Assembly: GCA_964016885.1 (NCBI GenBank)
Contig: OZ024749.1
Coordinates: 38,254,001-38,318,000, forward strand
Origin: Eledone cirrhosa
Lineage: Eukaryota
Direction: 5' to 3'
Length of the DNA stretch: 64,000 nucleotides
A program made the position numbers and the translations under genes. Shown here one piece after another: positions 1-14,597 of this stretch (positions are counted from its first letter, which is position 1; the number at the start of each line of letters is the position of its first letter). A model generated the notes under the pieces. The model was not told the origin of the DNA. It searched no databases and saw only the letters and a program-made list of their open reading frames with translations.

Positions 1-1589
1 TGCTGATAGTCTCTGCCAGTCACAACACCTTCCTGGCGTGTCTAAGACTTCCGGGGACCAGAGGATTTGAACACATAACGCATAGATCTCAAACTCTCGT
101 CGTCTGACACACCGGAAATCAAAGACACAAATACACATACACACACACGTACACACACTCACACACGCACACACAGACACACATACACATACACATGTTT
201 CTTACCTCAACACCAACACATATATGACCCATTACCTAACAGCACTCTCAATGTAAGGAGGCTTCACTTCAACAGAAGAGGCCCGAAAAAAGCACTAAAA
301 CGAGTTTCCTTTAAACAATTATATAAGATTACATCAACTGTAGGTAATAAGACTAAACATAGAAGCCTACTACATTCTATATACGTATAGAAAGATCTCA
401 TTTTGATGCTTGAAATAGCGCGAAATCGTGACGACATTGATTGATTGTATTTTTGAAGAATATCTTAACTATAATAAAGAAATGAGTGCGGGACTGCATC
501 CAGAATATATTTTTTTACCCCGTTTGTAAAATAAGTTGGATTACTTTGAATAAATAATGAATGAATATTACATGATTTATCTACTAAATTTCGTGGCTGT
601 TGATTAAATATATTTTATAGCTTATTCAAAGATTCACTTCTTTAAAATTGTCAAATGTCAACAATTCCAGTTAGGGGCCGTTATATTATAATCGCATATA
701 TTTCCGTGGCTAATTTTCTCCTAATGTTGTTTATATATAATATCGTCTTTTTTAAAATGTATCATGGATTACGTTACTGATTACAGAAGACAGTGTAACA
801 CAGTCTTCGTTCAATTTCTGGGTATATTGTCAATTACGATTTTATTTACAAGCATATATATTTGTGTATAATATCAATATACACACTACACATGCTAGCA
901 GAAAACTAATCTTCGTGTGTACGACGTTGAAGTAAAAAATAATTTGCCAGACGTTGGCAGTGTTGACTTCAGTCGACCAAATTTCACCACTTCTCCACTT
1001 CAGTATGTTAATATGTAGAGTACATTTCTTTTCGTTTGATATAGCTAATATATATATATATGTGTGTGTATGTGTGTGTATGTGCATGTATCTATATATA
1101 TATATATATGTGTGTGTGAGTGTGTACATAATATGTGTGTATGTGCATGTGTATATATATGTGTGTGTATGTGTTTGTGTGTGTGTCTGTATACGTTTTG
1201 TCTTTTCAGTGTTTTGCCTGTGTTATTGTCCACCATGACACAGAACAAGACCAAATAAAAATCATCAATGTCTAATATAAAAAACGTTATTGCTTTTGGT
1301 GACTTTTTGTTGTTTTATTAGTAAGTTCTCTAAATTTTGCTTTTTCCTTTCTTTCTCTCTCCCTAAACATTGTGTAAATAAATGTCTCTTATCTCAACCA
1401 AACACAAAGGAGATGCTACAGAAACAAAAGAAATAGAAGAAAGAAGGAAGGAAAAAATGAATAAGTGGAAGAACGAAAGAATAATAACGGAGTGAGTTGC
1501 TTTGTTTATCTCCCTTTTTCTCAGGTTCTATTGTCTTTTAATATATATAGACAGTATATATTTTTTGCTTACTTCAAAATTATTTTCAA

Positions 1590-2085
1590 CACTATAGCAA
1601 GGAAAAAAAATATTTTGACCATAAAGTATTGAATGTAGAGAGTCTAACTTGATATAGTTGAGTGGAAATGTTTACAGAACATCAGTTGGCTTAGCTGTTT
1701 AACCATGTATTTTATGGAGGTTGTATATTCTATAAAAGATTATCAGATAAACTATTCAACCTTGTGTTCGAGGGGGTTGAATTTTCTATAGACCATTATC
1801 AGGTCAGGTATATGCTGTGTTTAAAGGGGTTAACATTCTATAAAACATCATCATGTCAAGCAAAAGTGTTGGGATTGAACTTTGTAGATTTAGCTTTTCA
1901 ATATGTGATGAAGAAAAAATGGCAAACATTTATAGAGCAAAATACAATCATATATTACGTATGTTTAAAGGGGTTTACCTTCTATAAAACAGGATAAGGT
2001 CAGGTGCAAACTGTGTTTAAAGTGTTTAAACATTTTACATAAGATTCTCGGGTATATTGGCTTTCTATATAACATCGTCAGGGCT
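1590..2085. repeat. Old degenerate minisatellite, ~50-bp unit
   Basis: Recurrent AAAGGGGTT...TTCTATAAAACATCATCAGGTCAGG-like blocks near 1715, 1770, 1822, 1965 and 2050. Confidence 0.55.
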
Positions 2086-2112
2086 ATATATATACACATA
2101 CATATATGTATG

Positions 2113-2149
<37 letters not shown>

Positions 2150-2154
<5 letters not shown>

Positions 2155-2269
2155 GAAGTTATATTTAATTTGTTGAGATGAAAGCGCACCAAAATTGCTT
2201 TGGTTACCCTTGAAATATATATAATAAAATAATTATGGTTTTATAAATATAGTTTCCATTTATTAATAT

Positions 2270-2274
<5 letters not shown>
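2150..2274 (+). mobile_element. PLE 3'-end family B, tail-less decayed copy
   Basis: Similar to 5540-5648; ends at the family boundary and runs into (TA)n; hammerhead core mutated. Confidence 0.7.
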
Positions 2275-2349
<75 letters not shown>

Positions 2350-2361
2350 TATATATATATA

Positions 2362-2949
2362 TGGTGGCTGCCAACTCGTTTTCGAGTACGGCCACTACTT
2401 TATATCCATGTAGGAGAACCCCTACCAATGCGCTGAACAAGTGAGACTTTTTAGTCCAGCCAGCGACTTGAAAACTCTTGTACAAACACTACACTTGTCA
2501 CAATTATTGATACATAGTGCTGGGCCCATGGTACCATGTGACGACAAGTGCAGAGAGATCTCCAGATATAAAGCAATGCCTGTGCCGTGAAGCTTTTATG
2601 GTGAGCAAAGGCACTGCACAAAGCCAGTCCCACTCTCTTAACCAAGATGATATTTACCAAAAAGAAGAACAAGTCAACATCATTGGATACCATGAGGGTT
2701 GCAGGTGTTATATCAGAATTTTCCTTCTCCTAGAATTCTGCCTTGACAAAGGCTAAGGGGTCATCTCTCCCGGTGATTTTGGATGGCCATTGACTCCTTT
2801 ACCCTTTGACAGGTTCTGTTTTTAGTCCTGCAGGATGTCCAAAGTCACCCTCCTCACCAAGAAACCTTGGTGGGGTTGCCAGTTTAGTCTCCAACGACGA
2901 GACAGGTTGTACTGGGATACATGTTACCAGTAGCACCAACTGGTGACCT

Positions 2950-2951
<2 letters not shown>
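2362..2951 (-). mobile_element. Non-autonomous RTE-derived element (5'UTR joined to 3' tail)
   Basis: 5' part has GTCG..GACTAA and CTAGGAGAAGGAAAA(T)TCTG motifs seen in RTE 5'UTRs; 3' end CTCGAAAACGAG..GCAGCCACCAT resembles the RTE end at 17550-17573; flanked by (TA)n. Confidence 0.6.
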
Positions 2952-3006
<55 letters not shown>

Positions 3007-3136
3007 TTGTGAATAATGGTAACTAGGGTGCTTCCATGGGCAGTATGTCAAAATTAGCACTCAATATTCAACAGAGTAGAGTGTGGATAGCATAAAAAAA
3101 CGAAAAATCAGTGATGCATCTGGACTCAATTTATTG

Positions 3137-3225
3137 CGTGTTACAATTTTTCGCCGGCAGGTAGCTCGAGACATGGTCCCTTATGGATATGGCTGATTCT
3201 ACGACTGCAGGTTCCTTCAGACACG
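3137..3225 (-). ncRNA. Decayed type I hammerhead ribozyme
   Basis: CGTGT-CTGAAGG(A)-long stem II region-GAAA-AATTG-TA-ACACG; 5-bp stem I; core variants. Confidence 0.5.
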
Positions 3226-3365
3226 GGTAGTTCGTTCGGAGCAAATTTTATCACTCTGTGATTAAATGTTATCACTCAGTGATTGTCATTGATTGGCCAA
3301 CGGTTAAAAATACAGATATAAATATATGAAATATAAGAATCAAAGAACTGTTCAAAACATTTTTA

Positions 3366-3412
3366 TGCTTACAACTGTTTCCTCCAAACCGAGGTTTGGA
3401 TTCTTCGGAGCA
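3366..3412 (-). ncRNA. Minimal type I hammerhead ribozyme (U4C variant)
   Basis: TGCT-CCGAAGA-A-TCCAAAC(CTCG)GTTTGGA-G-GAAA-CAGTTG-TA-AGCA. Confidence 0.65.
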
Positions 3413-3535
3413 ATTTATTAATGAATGAACACTTATATGACCTCCTTTTCACCCAAGAGACATACAGATACATATGCAAATATTGTGGGTCAACATTCAT
3501 TACGGAATGGAAACATATTTACCGAACTTCCTTCG

Positions 3536-3606
<71 letters not shown>

Positions 3607-3673
3607 CATGTGTGTGACCAGCGGCGCCGATTGGCGCCCGACAGACTTGTCGGTCAAGATAATCAATGTGATA

Positions 3674-3713
<40 letters not shown>

Positions 3714-4682
3714 CATTTGAAAACTCCCGTTTTCCCTCATACAACCTATACCCACTAGATAATAGTACCTCAACTATAGGTAATAAGACTCTCCATAGAA
3801 GCCCACCGCATGGTTTAATCCCCCGTTTAATAAGCATATAGCTAAAGCATATATGTGTGTGTGTGTGTATGAGTGTGTGTGCGTGTATGCGTGGGTGTGT
3901 TTACGCGTGCGTGTGTTTGTGTGTGTGTGTGTATGCGTGCGTGTGTATACGCGTGCGTGTGTGTGTGTCTGTGTGTGTGTGTGTGTCTGTGTATACGCGT
4001 GCGAGCGTGTATATGTGAGTGTGTATGTTTGTGTGTGTCTGTGTGTATGTGTGTGTGTGTGTGTCTGTGTGTGTGAGTGTGTGTGTATACGCGTGCTTGC
4101 GTGTGTATGTGTGTGTATGTGTGTATGGGTAGATATATATATATATATTTATATATATATGTTAACGTTTTGTGTAAGTCGGTCCAGTGCAAGTTGTAAA
4201 TCCAAGACTGAAAACCTAAGCAGGGAAAACAAGAAAGATAAATCAAAACAACTTTTTATAATTTTCAAAATATTTCTTGATATATTTAGATTATGACCTC
4301 TTTCACAAAAACAAAAGAAGTGGTGTGTGGTTTTGACACAGACACATATTCTACTATTAACATTTTTTTCATTCTGTCCTTAACATAGCTAACTAAAGTG
4401 AATGTTATAGCTAATCAGAAATCGATATTACGCTTCTGTGTTGGCGATTTCGGTATGGTAGTACTTGTATATATCAAAGACCTACTTGGAACTAAGATAA
4501 CCTTTACGTTATTTTCAAACCGCAAATGATGATACACCTAAAATTAAGTGGTAGTAATTGGAATATATCTTATTATAATGAAACTTTAGCTATAGCAATT
4601 TATAATGGATATATAATGTAACGTACAAGGAAACAATGTAGCTAATTGTATATATGTAGTAAAGTGTATGTGTATATGTATG

Positions 4683-4769
<87 letters not shown>

Positions 4770-4980
4770 TAGGAACGAGTAGGACCCCGACGGCTGAGCT
4801 CAAGCCGTTTCGACGGCTAATTCTGGACTCTTAATTCTGGAGTCCAGAATTAGCCGTCGAAACGGCTTGAGCTCAGCCGTCGGGGTCCTACTCGTTCCTA
4901 TTACCCACTCTACTACCCTAAGTATTGAATACTTTGGTGCGTTCTGGTCCACCTGGTTCCTTACCACATTTCCTTCGTTA
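4770..4980 (+). mobile_element. PLE 3'-end family A: 61-bp inverted arms plus 80-nt tail
   Basis: Arms 4770-4830 and 4840-4900; tail 4901-4980; in (TA)n. Confidence 0.75.
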
Positions 4981-5002
4981 TATATATATATATATATATA
5001 TA

Positions 5003-5055
5003 TAGTAATAATAAATTTGAAGACTAAAATCCAAAGAGGGCTCGATAAGGATATA
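5003..5055 (-). mobile_element. Fragment of the 3'UTR of the PLE at 33310-34982
   Basis: Reverse complement is near-identical to ~34929-34982. Confidence 0.8.
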
Positions 5056-5084
5056 TATATATATGTACACATGTATTTTCATAA

Positions 5085-5118
<34 letters not shown>

Positions 5119-5292
5119 GCACATATATATATATATGTGCATGTGTGTCCACCTACGTATATATGTTCATATATAATACATAACAATTTTTCTATATTTA
5201 TACACACACACACATATATATACATATATATATAAATATAAATATATATATATATAATTATATATATATATATATACTTATATATATATATA

Positions 5293-5360
<68 letters not shown>

Positions 5361-5368
5361 TATATATA

Positions 5369-5738
5369 TACGATATTAATAAATGGAAACTATATTTATA
5401 AAACCATATTTATTTCATTATACATATTTCAGGGATACAACATTAAATTATGGTATGCCTTAATCAGACAAAATACAATATATAACAGTTTTACAATATA
5501 TAACAGTTTTACAAACCTATTTGTAAAATTGTTATATATTGTATTTTGTCTGATGAAGGCATACCATAATTTAATGTGGTATCCCTGAAATATGTATAAT
5601 GAAATAAATATGGTTTTATAAATATAGTTTCCAATTATTAATATCGTATATCTACTCCAAAAATTTGTCGAGTGCTTTATATCAGTTATAAAAATATTTG
5701 CTCGTTGTATCCCAACAATTTTAAATAGAACTTTTGCA
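5369..5738 (+). mobile_element. PLE 3'-end family B: palindromic arms plus 90-nt tail
   Basis: Arms 5369-~5514 and ~5520-5648; tail 5649-5738; in (TA)n. Confidence 0.8.
5542..5606 (+). ncRNA. Type I hammerhead ribozyme (family B)
   Basis: TATTTTGT-CTGATGA-~11-bp stem II-GAAA-TATGTA-TA-ATGAAATA; 8-bp stem I with covariation among copies. Confidence 0.75.
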
Positions 5739-5788
5739 TATATATATATATAATTATATATATATATATATATACTTATATATATATA

Positions 5789-5868
<80 letters not shown>

Positions 5869-6347
5869 AAGTTACGAAAGGATGTATAAACAATAAATGA
5901 TACAAAGATACTTTTTATTAAATCAGTAAATCATAATTCAAAGGTTTCTCCTCTGAGAAACAACAATAACAACAACAACAACATCATGAGTGATATCAGC
6001 AACAACAACAACAACAACAATAATCAATGACATATAAAAAGGTAACCAGAACAAAATTAACATTCAACACCAACATCAATAACAACTGTATGTGTATCTA
6101 CACAACACACCCACAGAAAGGTATATATATATATATACGCAGAAAATATACATGCTCACGCAACATCAACACATTCATTCACAAACACACATATACACAC
6201 AGAAACACTCAGAAACAGACACACACAAACACACCAAACCACGTTAATACAAATATACATTAAGACGAACATAAACACACTCACTAACACACATACACAT
6301 ACATAAACACTCAGATGACTGCAAACACTCAAACACATAAACGCAAT

Positions 6348-6434
<87 letters not shown>

Positions 6435-6759
6435 GCACACAAACATACATAACGCCTACTATAATTTGGCATTCTGAATTATAACAACTTAATTTAATAA
6501 ACATTCCTTAACGTTCTATCGACATAGTAAGTCACTCCTCTAACCCCCAAATATATAAAAATCATTTATCATGCAATATTAACAATATTACTTGGAAATG
6601 AAGCGAAATAAGTTTCTTCTTATAGTTATATGTGTACATATATGTGTATATATATGTGTACATATATGTGTATATATATCTGTATATATATATGTACATA
6701 AATGTGTTACAAATATGTATATATATATATATATAACTCGTTTTAGTTATTGATAAGGA

Positions 6760-7030
6760 TATATAGCTTCCGGGACTATGCCAAACGTTAATTGGAAATG
6801 TGTATAGACGATTAGAATAATACCTTCCGGTACAAGGTAACAAGTTTAGTGGGAAGGCTATATTTGATTTGATTTATAGCTTCCAGTACATGGCTACAAA
6901 TTTGGTGGGAAGATACAACAGAGCTCATTATAATTATAACTTCCGGTACAATGTGACGTATTTGGTGGGAATCTCTATAGTTCTTTGACTTTATAGCTTC
7001 CGTTACAAGGGCACAAATCTCATAGGATTT
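6760..7030. repeat. Degenerate ~57-bp tandem repeat, ~5 units
   Basis: Recurrent ATAGCTTCCRGTACA...TTTGGTGGGAA; resembles a SINE 3' segment. Confidence 0.55.
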
Positions 7031-7306
7031 GCTTCAACGTCCTTGGAATTATGATATATAAAGTCAAATTTGGTGGGAATTGAATTCAGGATGTAACAGC
7101 GTATTTCCAAATAGCACAACTCATTTTAGTTGCAGATTGACCTGAGCAATATAAAATAAGGTTTCCTGCTCAGTGAAACATGGCGCTTTCAGGAATGTAA
7201 ATCATGGTGATACTATTGTGAACTGAACCACTAAACTACAAAACCACGCCGCATTCGCTTGGATATATATTAGATAAGCATTATCCACAAAGATTCTTTA
7301 AAATAG

Positions 7307-7480
7307 GCAGCATATTGGCAAAGTCGTTAGCATATCGGATACTTCGTGTATAATATTCTGAGACGTTCTGTGCTTCAACGTGCTTAAACGCCGCCAAATT
7401 CAACTTTACTTTTCATTCTTTTGGAGTCGATAAATATCGTAGCAGTCAAGGGGCGGACGGAGGATTGGCATAACTGATTT
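7307..7480 (+). mobile_element. Old diverged tRNA-SINE copy
   Basis: A-box-like TGGCAAAGTCGTT and ACTTTTCATTCTTTTGGAGTCGATAAA core. Confidence 0.6.
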
Positions 7481-7870
7481 AAACAACCGTCGTCTGGGAT
7501 GACTTGTAGAAAATCCAAGCTCTATGCGTTCTCAGTTGACAGACAGTATCAGCAATGTGTAGCTGGCATAGAGTATCAGAAATGGAAAAACGAATGGAAA
7601 CATATTTTTTTATGCATTGAACTAGCGATCGTCATTTTTAGCGCTCAATATATCTTTTATTATTCTTGGTATTAACGATTCTAACCAAAATAGAAAGAGA
7701 AATATTTTTAAAACATATCAATTTCAGATGACAGCAATTCAAGTTCTCTATATTATTTTTATGCACAGCAAATTTAGAATTTTCTTTTATTAACTCCGAG
7801 CTAAGTTTATGATGATGTTGTTGATGTTATATGTACATGAGTATACACACACAAATATATATATACACAC

Positions 7871-8080
<210 letters not shown>

Positions 8081-8360
8081 GTGTTTATTTGCCTGCACCA
8101 TCAGTGACACTGGGCACTGCTAGAGACTGGGGTTCTGTCGGAAGATGCTGAAACCTAGGACCTCTGGTTGACAGTTCATAAAGGGTTTAACCTCCAGCGC
8201 ATGCTGTATGTACAACTCACACACGCACACACGCACATACGCTCACACACATTGGCACATAGACACATGCACACGCATTGTATATATATGTGTATATATA
8301 TATATTTCTTTACATATATTGTTATACTTGGAGAGGGTCATATTGTTGTATTAATATCTT

Positions 8361-8460
<100 letters not shown>

Positions 8461-8581
8461 TGTGTGTGCATATACATATTTATGTGTGTGTATATACATA
8501 TATATATGTATACATGCATGGATATGTGAGTGAATTACGAAACGATTGAATTTGATATGAACTTCATGCGTGTGCATATAT

Positions 8582-8721
<140 letters not shown>

Positions 8722-9250
8722 GTGTGTGTGTGTATACAATACAGGAATAATTTAGTATGCAACATGAACGTTTCATCAATTATATTGCGCTGTACACTCG
8801 GGTACCCAGGATAAATCCTCCATAGTTTCAACAGAAAATCATTAAAATGTCTTCCATCATCAATGGATATATTTGAACCAAAAACAAGATGGGCGAGTTT
8901 ACGTGTAGATAGAAGTAGACGCATTCAAACAATGTTTGCCACCGATTCAGTAATATACAAAACAATAAGAAGAACGGAAGTATATATAGGAATAATAAAA
9001 TGACAGAGGTCATCAAAAGTTTTGGCTAACTGTTTGATGGTGGAAATAAAATGGTGGAAAAAGAGCAGAACATGTAACATTTAAAACCAATAATGCGTGT
9101 GGTATTACGAATGGTATGGCATGCTGACAGTTGTACTCGGCGGGAAGACCCAGTGTTGAGAACCATAAAAGTCAGACAAATACTTGCACAGGGTCTGTGT
9201 GTATGAGTGTGATTGTGTGTGTGTGTATTTGTGAGTATGTGTGATTGTTA

Positions 9251-9317
<67 letters not shown>

Positions 9318-9465
9318 GCGGGGTAGAAGGAGAAGATATATTTGCTTAAATGACGGAAGGAAGTAAATTAGTAAAGAGAAGAGACTAAAATAAGAAAGAA
9401 AGGCGGAATTATAAGAATATATGTTCATTTCTTTCTTTAATACATCATATGACACCCAATGTATA

Positions 9466-9501
<36 letters not shown>

Positions 9502-9627
9502 TCATCTATCTATATATATATATGTATGTATATGATGAGTGTGTGAGTACGTGTGTGTGTGTCTGTTTATTAACAAATGGCATTCATAAACGAAGTGTCA
9601 AGTTTTGAGAAATAAAATTCTAAAACA

Positions 9628-9755
<128 letters not shown>

Positions 9756-10039
9756 GTGGCGGTTACACTGAAGCATATATGTATATATACATATATATAT
9801 ACATATCAGTCTCTATGTATATGCTAATGCTTCTCTATGCCTATCTGCCGCTCTCCCTCTCTCCCTATCTATCTATCTATATGTCTTTGTGTGTGAGCGC
9901 GTAACTGCGTATATATGTGTGTGTTTATCTGTATATTTATCTGTTTGTATATTTGCGTGTGTTTCTTCAATGATGAAAACATCTTCAACTAAATTACTAT
10001 TCTATTTTAGTATCACGGTCACAGAATCTTAAATTCATT

Positions 10040-10138
<99 letters not shown>

Positions 10139-10662
10139 CTTTCTCTCCCTCTCTCCCTCTCTCTCTCCATCTTTCTCTCTCTCTCTCTCTCTCACCTCAT
10201 CCCATACCACATCTTTCCATTCCACGTCTAATACATCTCAGACATCCTTCGTTAATATGGCTGACAACAATCACAATATTTTCCACCAGGAAATCTTTCA
10301 ATTATTCTAACAATTATTAGATAATTCACACCACCTTGGACACTCCTAGACTACAGTTGCAAGCAAAGAAGAAGTCTTTGAAACCTTAGTTGTTAATTAA
10401 AACATCATTAAAACATCATTAAAACATCATTACAGAGCCAGTAGATTAACAAGTAGCGTTCATGGATATCTCTCATCAATGATTCATTAGCATTTGCTTA
10501 ATTAATCAATTAATTTTCCATTTATTCTTCTCTATAGAGGCAAAATATAATGACTATCTAAAGCGCCATCAATGAAGGCCTCTATGTGGTCAATTGATAT
10601 GCTAGAGAGAGCAGTCGAGTCTCATTGAAATCATATACGAATGAAGGGTACAGTATATAATG

Positions 10663-10835
10663 ATTTCTACTATAGGCACAAGGCCAGTAATTTGCGGCGA
10701 GGGGAAAGTCGATAAAATCTACCCCAGTACGTTACTGGTACTTTATTTTATCGACCCCGTAAGGATGAAAGGCAAAGTTAAACTCGGCGGGATTTGAACT
10801 CAGACCGTAAAGGACTGTAACTCTATGCTGCAAAG
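10663..10835 (-). mobile_element. tRNA-derived SINE, 5'-truncated
   Basis: B-box GAGTTCAAATCC and GCCTTTCATCCTTACGGGGTCGATAAA core. Confidence 0.85.
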
Positions 10836-10934
10836 CCGTCGGGGTCCTGACTCTTTACCCACTCTACTACCCAAAGTATCGAGTACTCTGGTGCGTCATA
10901 GTTTACCTGGTTCCTTACCACACTTCCTTCGTTC
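10835..10934 (+). mobile_element. PLE family A 3' fragment fused to the SINE
   Basis: Matches 4876-4980; tail hairpin at 10861-10884. Confidence 0.75.
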
Positions 10935-11020
10935 TATATATATATATAAAGATTTACATATACACAAACTAAACAAAGTCACAGATATATATGTTTTGGC
11001 AACCATGGACATACTTTATA

Positions 11021-11082
<62 letters not shown>

Positions 11083-11352
11083 CCCGAACAATCTCTCCCA
11101 TGTTGACAAACTACTACAAAAAAAAACAACCCCAACAGCAACAATAGCAACACTAACACCAACAACAACACCAATATCATTATCAACAGCCGTAGCAACA
11201 CAACCTCCAGGAACATCAACACCAACATCACCAGCGAGACTAAAATATAGCAAGTTTCAAGCTCATAAAAATTGAAAAAGAAAGAAAGAAAAAAGACACA
11301 CAAAAATCAAGTCGTTTTAACTTGAGTAAAAAATATTCCTGGTAAAATACAA

Positions 11353-11688
11353 GAGTCACTCACAATAGATAGGTGAGTGTGAGTAAGATAGTTGAGTCAC
11401 TCACAATGGCTAGGTGAGTGTGAGCAAAATAGTTGAGCCCCTCACAACGGTTAGGAGAGTGTGAGCAAAATAGTTGAGCCACTCAATGGTTAGGTGAGTT
11501 TGAGCAAAATAGTTGAGCCACTCACAATGATTAGGAGAGTGTGAGCAAAATAGTTGAGCCACTCACAATGGTTAGGAGAGTGTGAGCAAAATAGTTGAGC
11601 CGCTCACAATGGTTAGGAGAGTGTGAGCAATATAGTTGAGCCACTCACAATGGTTAGGAGAGTGTAAGCAATATATTTGAGCAACTCA
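11353..11688. repeat. 41-bp minisatellite, ~8 units
   Basis: Unit GAGCCACTCACAATGGTTAGGAGAGTGTGAGCAAAATAGTT. Confidence 0.95.
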
Positions 11689-12274
11689 ACGCTTATCAAC
11701 AATTAAAACAAGAACATAATTCAAACAACATCTCCAATTTGGCCGTTCTTCAGATAAATGAGTTGTTTGGCTAACACAGAAATAATAATCATTTTGAATT
11801 CCATCATTAAACTTCCTTAATACTTAAGAGAACGACTGTGATTAAGCAACAACATTTACTTTATCGAATTATACTGGTAAATAGCGTTCGTTTCTCCTAA
11901 ACCAATGCATTAATCGCGAACTAATAGTAAAACTGACTGGACACTCGACACAGAACATTCTGCAAAATAACAACCTATAAATAAACTACCATCATTCTGG
12001 AAACAATTAACCAGACTACTCAATTATAGATACGAATTTGTTTCCAATTCTGGACTGCTCAATATTGAAGATAATCCCGGAGGATGTCTTAAAAACAAAG
12101 AAATTAAATGAGGTATCTTTAATGTATTTTGTGTGGTGGTGGTGATGGTGGTGGTGGTTGCAGTGGTGGTAGTTGCAGTGGTGGTAGTTGCGGTGAAGGT
12201 GGTGCCGGTGATGATTATGGTGGTGTTGTAGAGAGGAGTAGGAGGTGATTTTTTTTTTTGTTTTCAGATGCTGT

Positions 12275-12343
12275 ACTACTACTACTACTACTACTACTAC
12301 TGCTACTACGACTACTACTATTATACAGCTGCTGCTGCTGCTG

Positions 12344-12396
<53 letters not shown>

Positions 12397-12400
12397 GTTG

Positions 12401-12453
<53 letters not shown>

Positions 12454-12490
12454 GTTGCTACTACTACTACTACTACTACTACTACTGCTG

Positions 12491-12523
<33 letters not shown>

Positions 12524-12539
12524 ATACTGCTGCTACTAC

Positions 12540-12575
<36 letters not shown>

Positions 12576-12582
12576 TGTTGCG

Positions 12583-12642
<60 letters not shown>

Positions 12643-12682
12643 GCTGCTACTACTACTACTACTACTACTACTTATACTGCTG

Positions 12683-12723
<41 letters not shown>

Positions 12724-12727
12724 GTTG

Positions 12728-12760
<33 letters not shown>

Positions 12761-12925
12761 TGACTACTACCATCAACACCACTACCACCACCATCAACAC
12801 CACTACCACCACCATCAACGCCACTACCACCACCATCAACACCACTACCACCACCACCAACGCCACTACCACCACCACCATCAACACCACTACCACCACC
12901 ATCAACGCCACTACCAATACGACCA
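12275..12925. repeat. (ACT)n tract grading into an (ACC)-rich tract
   Basis: Directly visible; source of the poly-T, poly-L and poly-Y ORFs. Confidence 0.9.
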
Positions 12926-13133
12926 CTATTGTTGCCATCGTAGTCATATCACCGAATCTCATCAGAACGACCCAAAATACTCGTCATCAAAACAACCACT
13001 TTTGAAGACAACACATTATTATATCATCCTTCGTCACCACCGCCAGGATTAGGGGGAGATTCAACAACAGGCATAGCAATCATTCACCAACCCCCACACC
13101 ATTACCGTCAACATCTTCAATACTACCGCATTC

Positions 13134-14235
<1,102 letters not shown>

Positions 14236-14250
14236 TTTTCTCTTTTTCGT

Positions 14251-14370
14251 GAAGGCGTGTGGCTGAGTGGTTAGAGAATTGGATTCACAATCTTGAGGTT
14301 GCGAGTTCGATTCCTGGACCTGGTGATGCGTTATGTCCTTGAGCAAGACACTTTATTTCACGTTGCTCCT
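14251..14370 (+). mobile_element. tRNA head of a second SINE family
   Basis: A-box TGGCTGAGTGG, B-box GAGTTCGATTCC, then GTCCTTGAGCAAGACACTT. Confidence 0.8.
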
Positions 14371-14471
14371 TCTACCTGGAGTTGCGACCGATAGATAGTA
14401 TTAGCAACTGGAAAGACCAACGGAAACATTGTTTACTCGGTCCGATTTGACGAAAGTCGATCGATTAAGAC

Positions 14472-14503
<32 letters not shown>

Positions 14504-14505
14504 TA

Positions 14506-14543
14506 CGAGCTGAGGATCCACTAAGGTGAAACAATTGTTCTCG
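14506..14543 (+). ncRNA. Minimal type I hammerhead ribozyme
   Basis: CGAG-CTGAGGA-TCC(ACTAA)GGT-GAAA-CAATTG-TT-CTCG; palindromic stem III. Confidence 0.7.
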
Positions 14544-14597
14544 GTATGGTAAACTAACTGTTGTGTTATATACTTCTATATATATGTATATATATAT

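Larger units (their letters stand above)
3005..3415 (-). mobile_element. PLE 3'-end family C with two hammerhead-like motifs and tail hairpin
   Basis: Hammerheads at 3366-3412 and 3137-3225, AATAAA, bulged hairpin 3059-3082, ends in (TA)n. Confidence 0.65.

Noticed and set aside
6760-7030. ETS (CTTCCGG) plus CSL (GTGGGAA) enhancer cluster
   Set aside because: Better explained as decayed SINE-segment duplications; motifs are imperfect
11353-11688. CRISPR-like or telomeric (TTAGG) array
   Set aside because: No unique spacers, eukaryotic context, and only one TTAGG per unit
12245-13005. Thr-rich 245-aa ORF behind a strong TTTTCAG acceptor (mucin-like exon?)
   Set aside because: Almost entirely trinucleotide repeat; the Thr frame shifts near 12322; no partner exons found. 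RNA-seq would be needed.
14251-14330. tRNA gene
   Set aside because: No acceptor stem closure; continues into a SINE body
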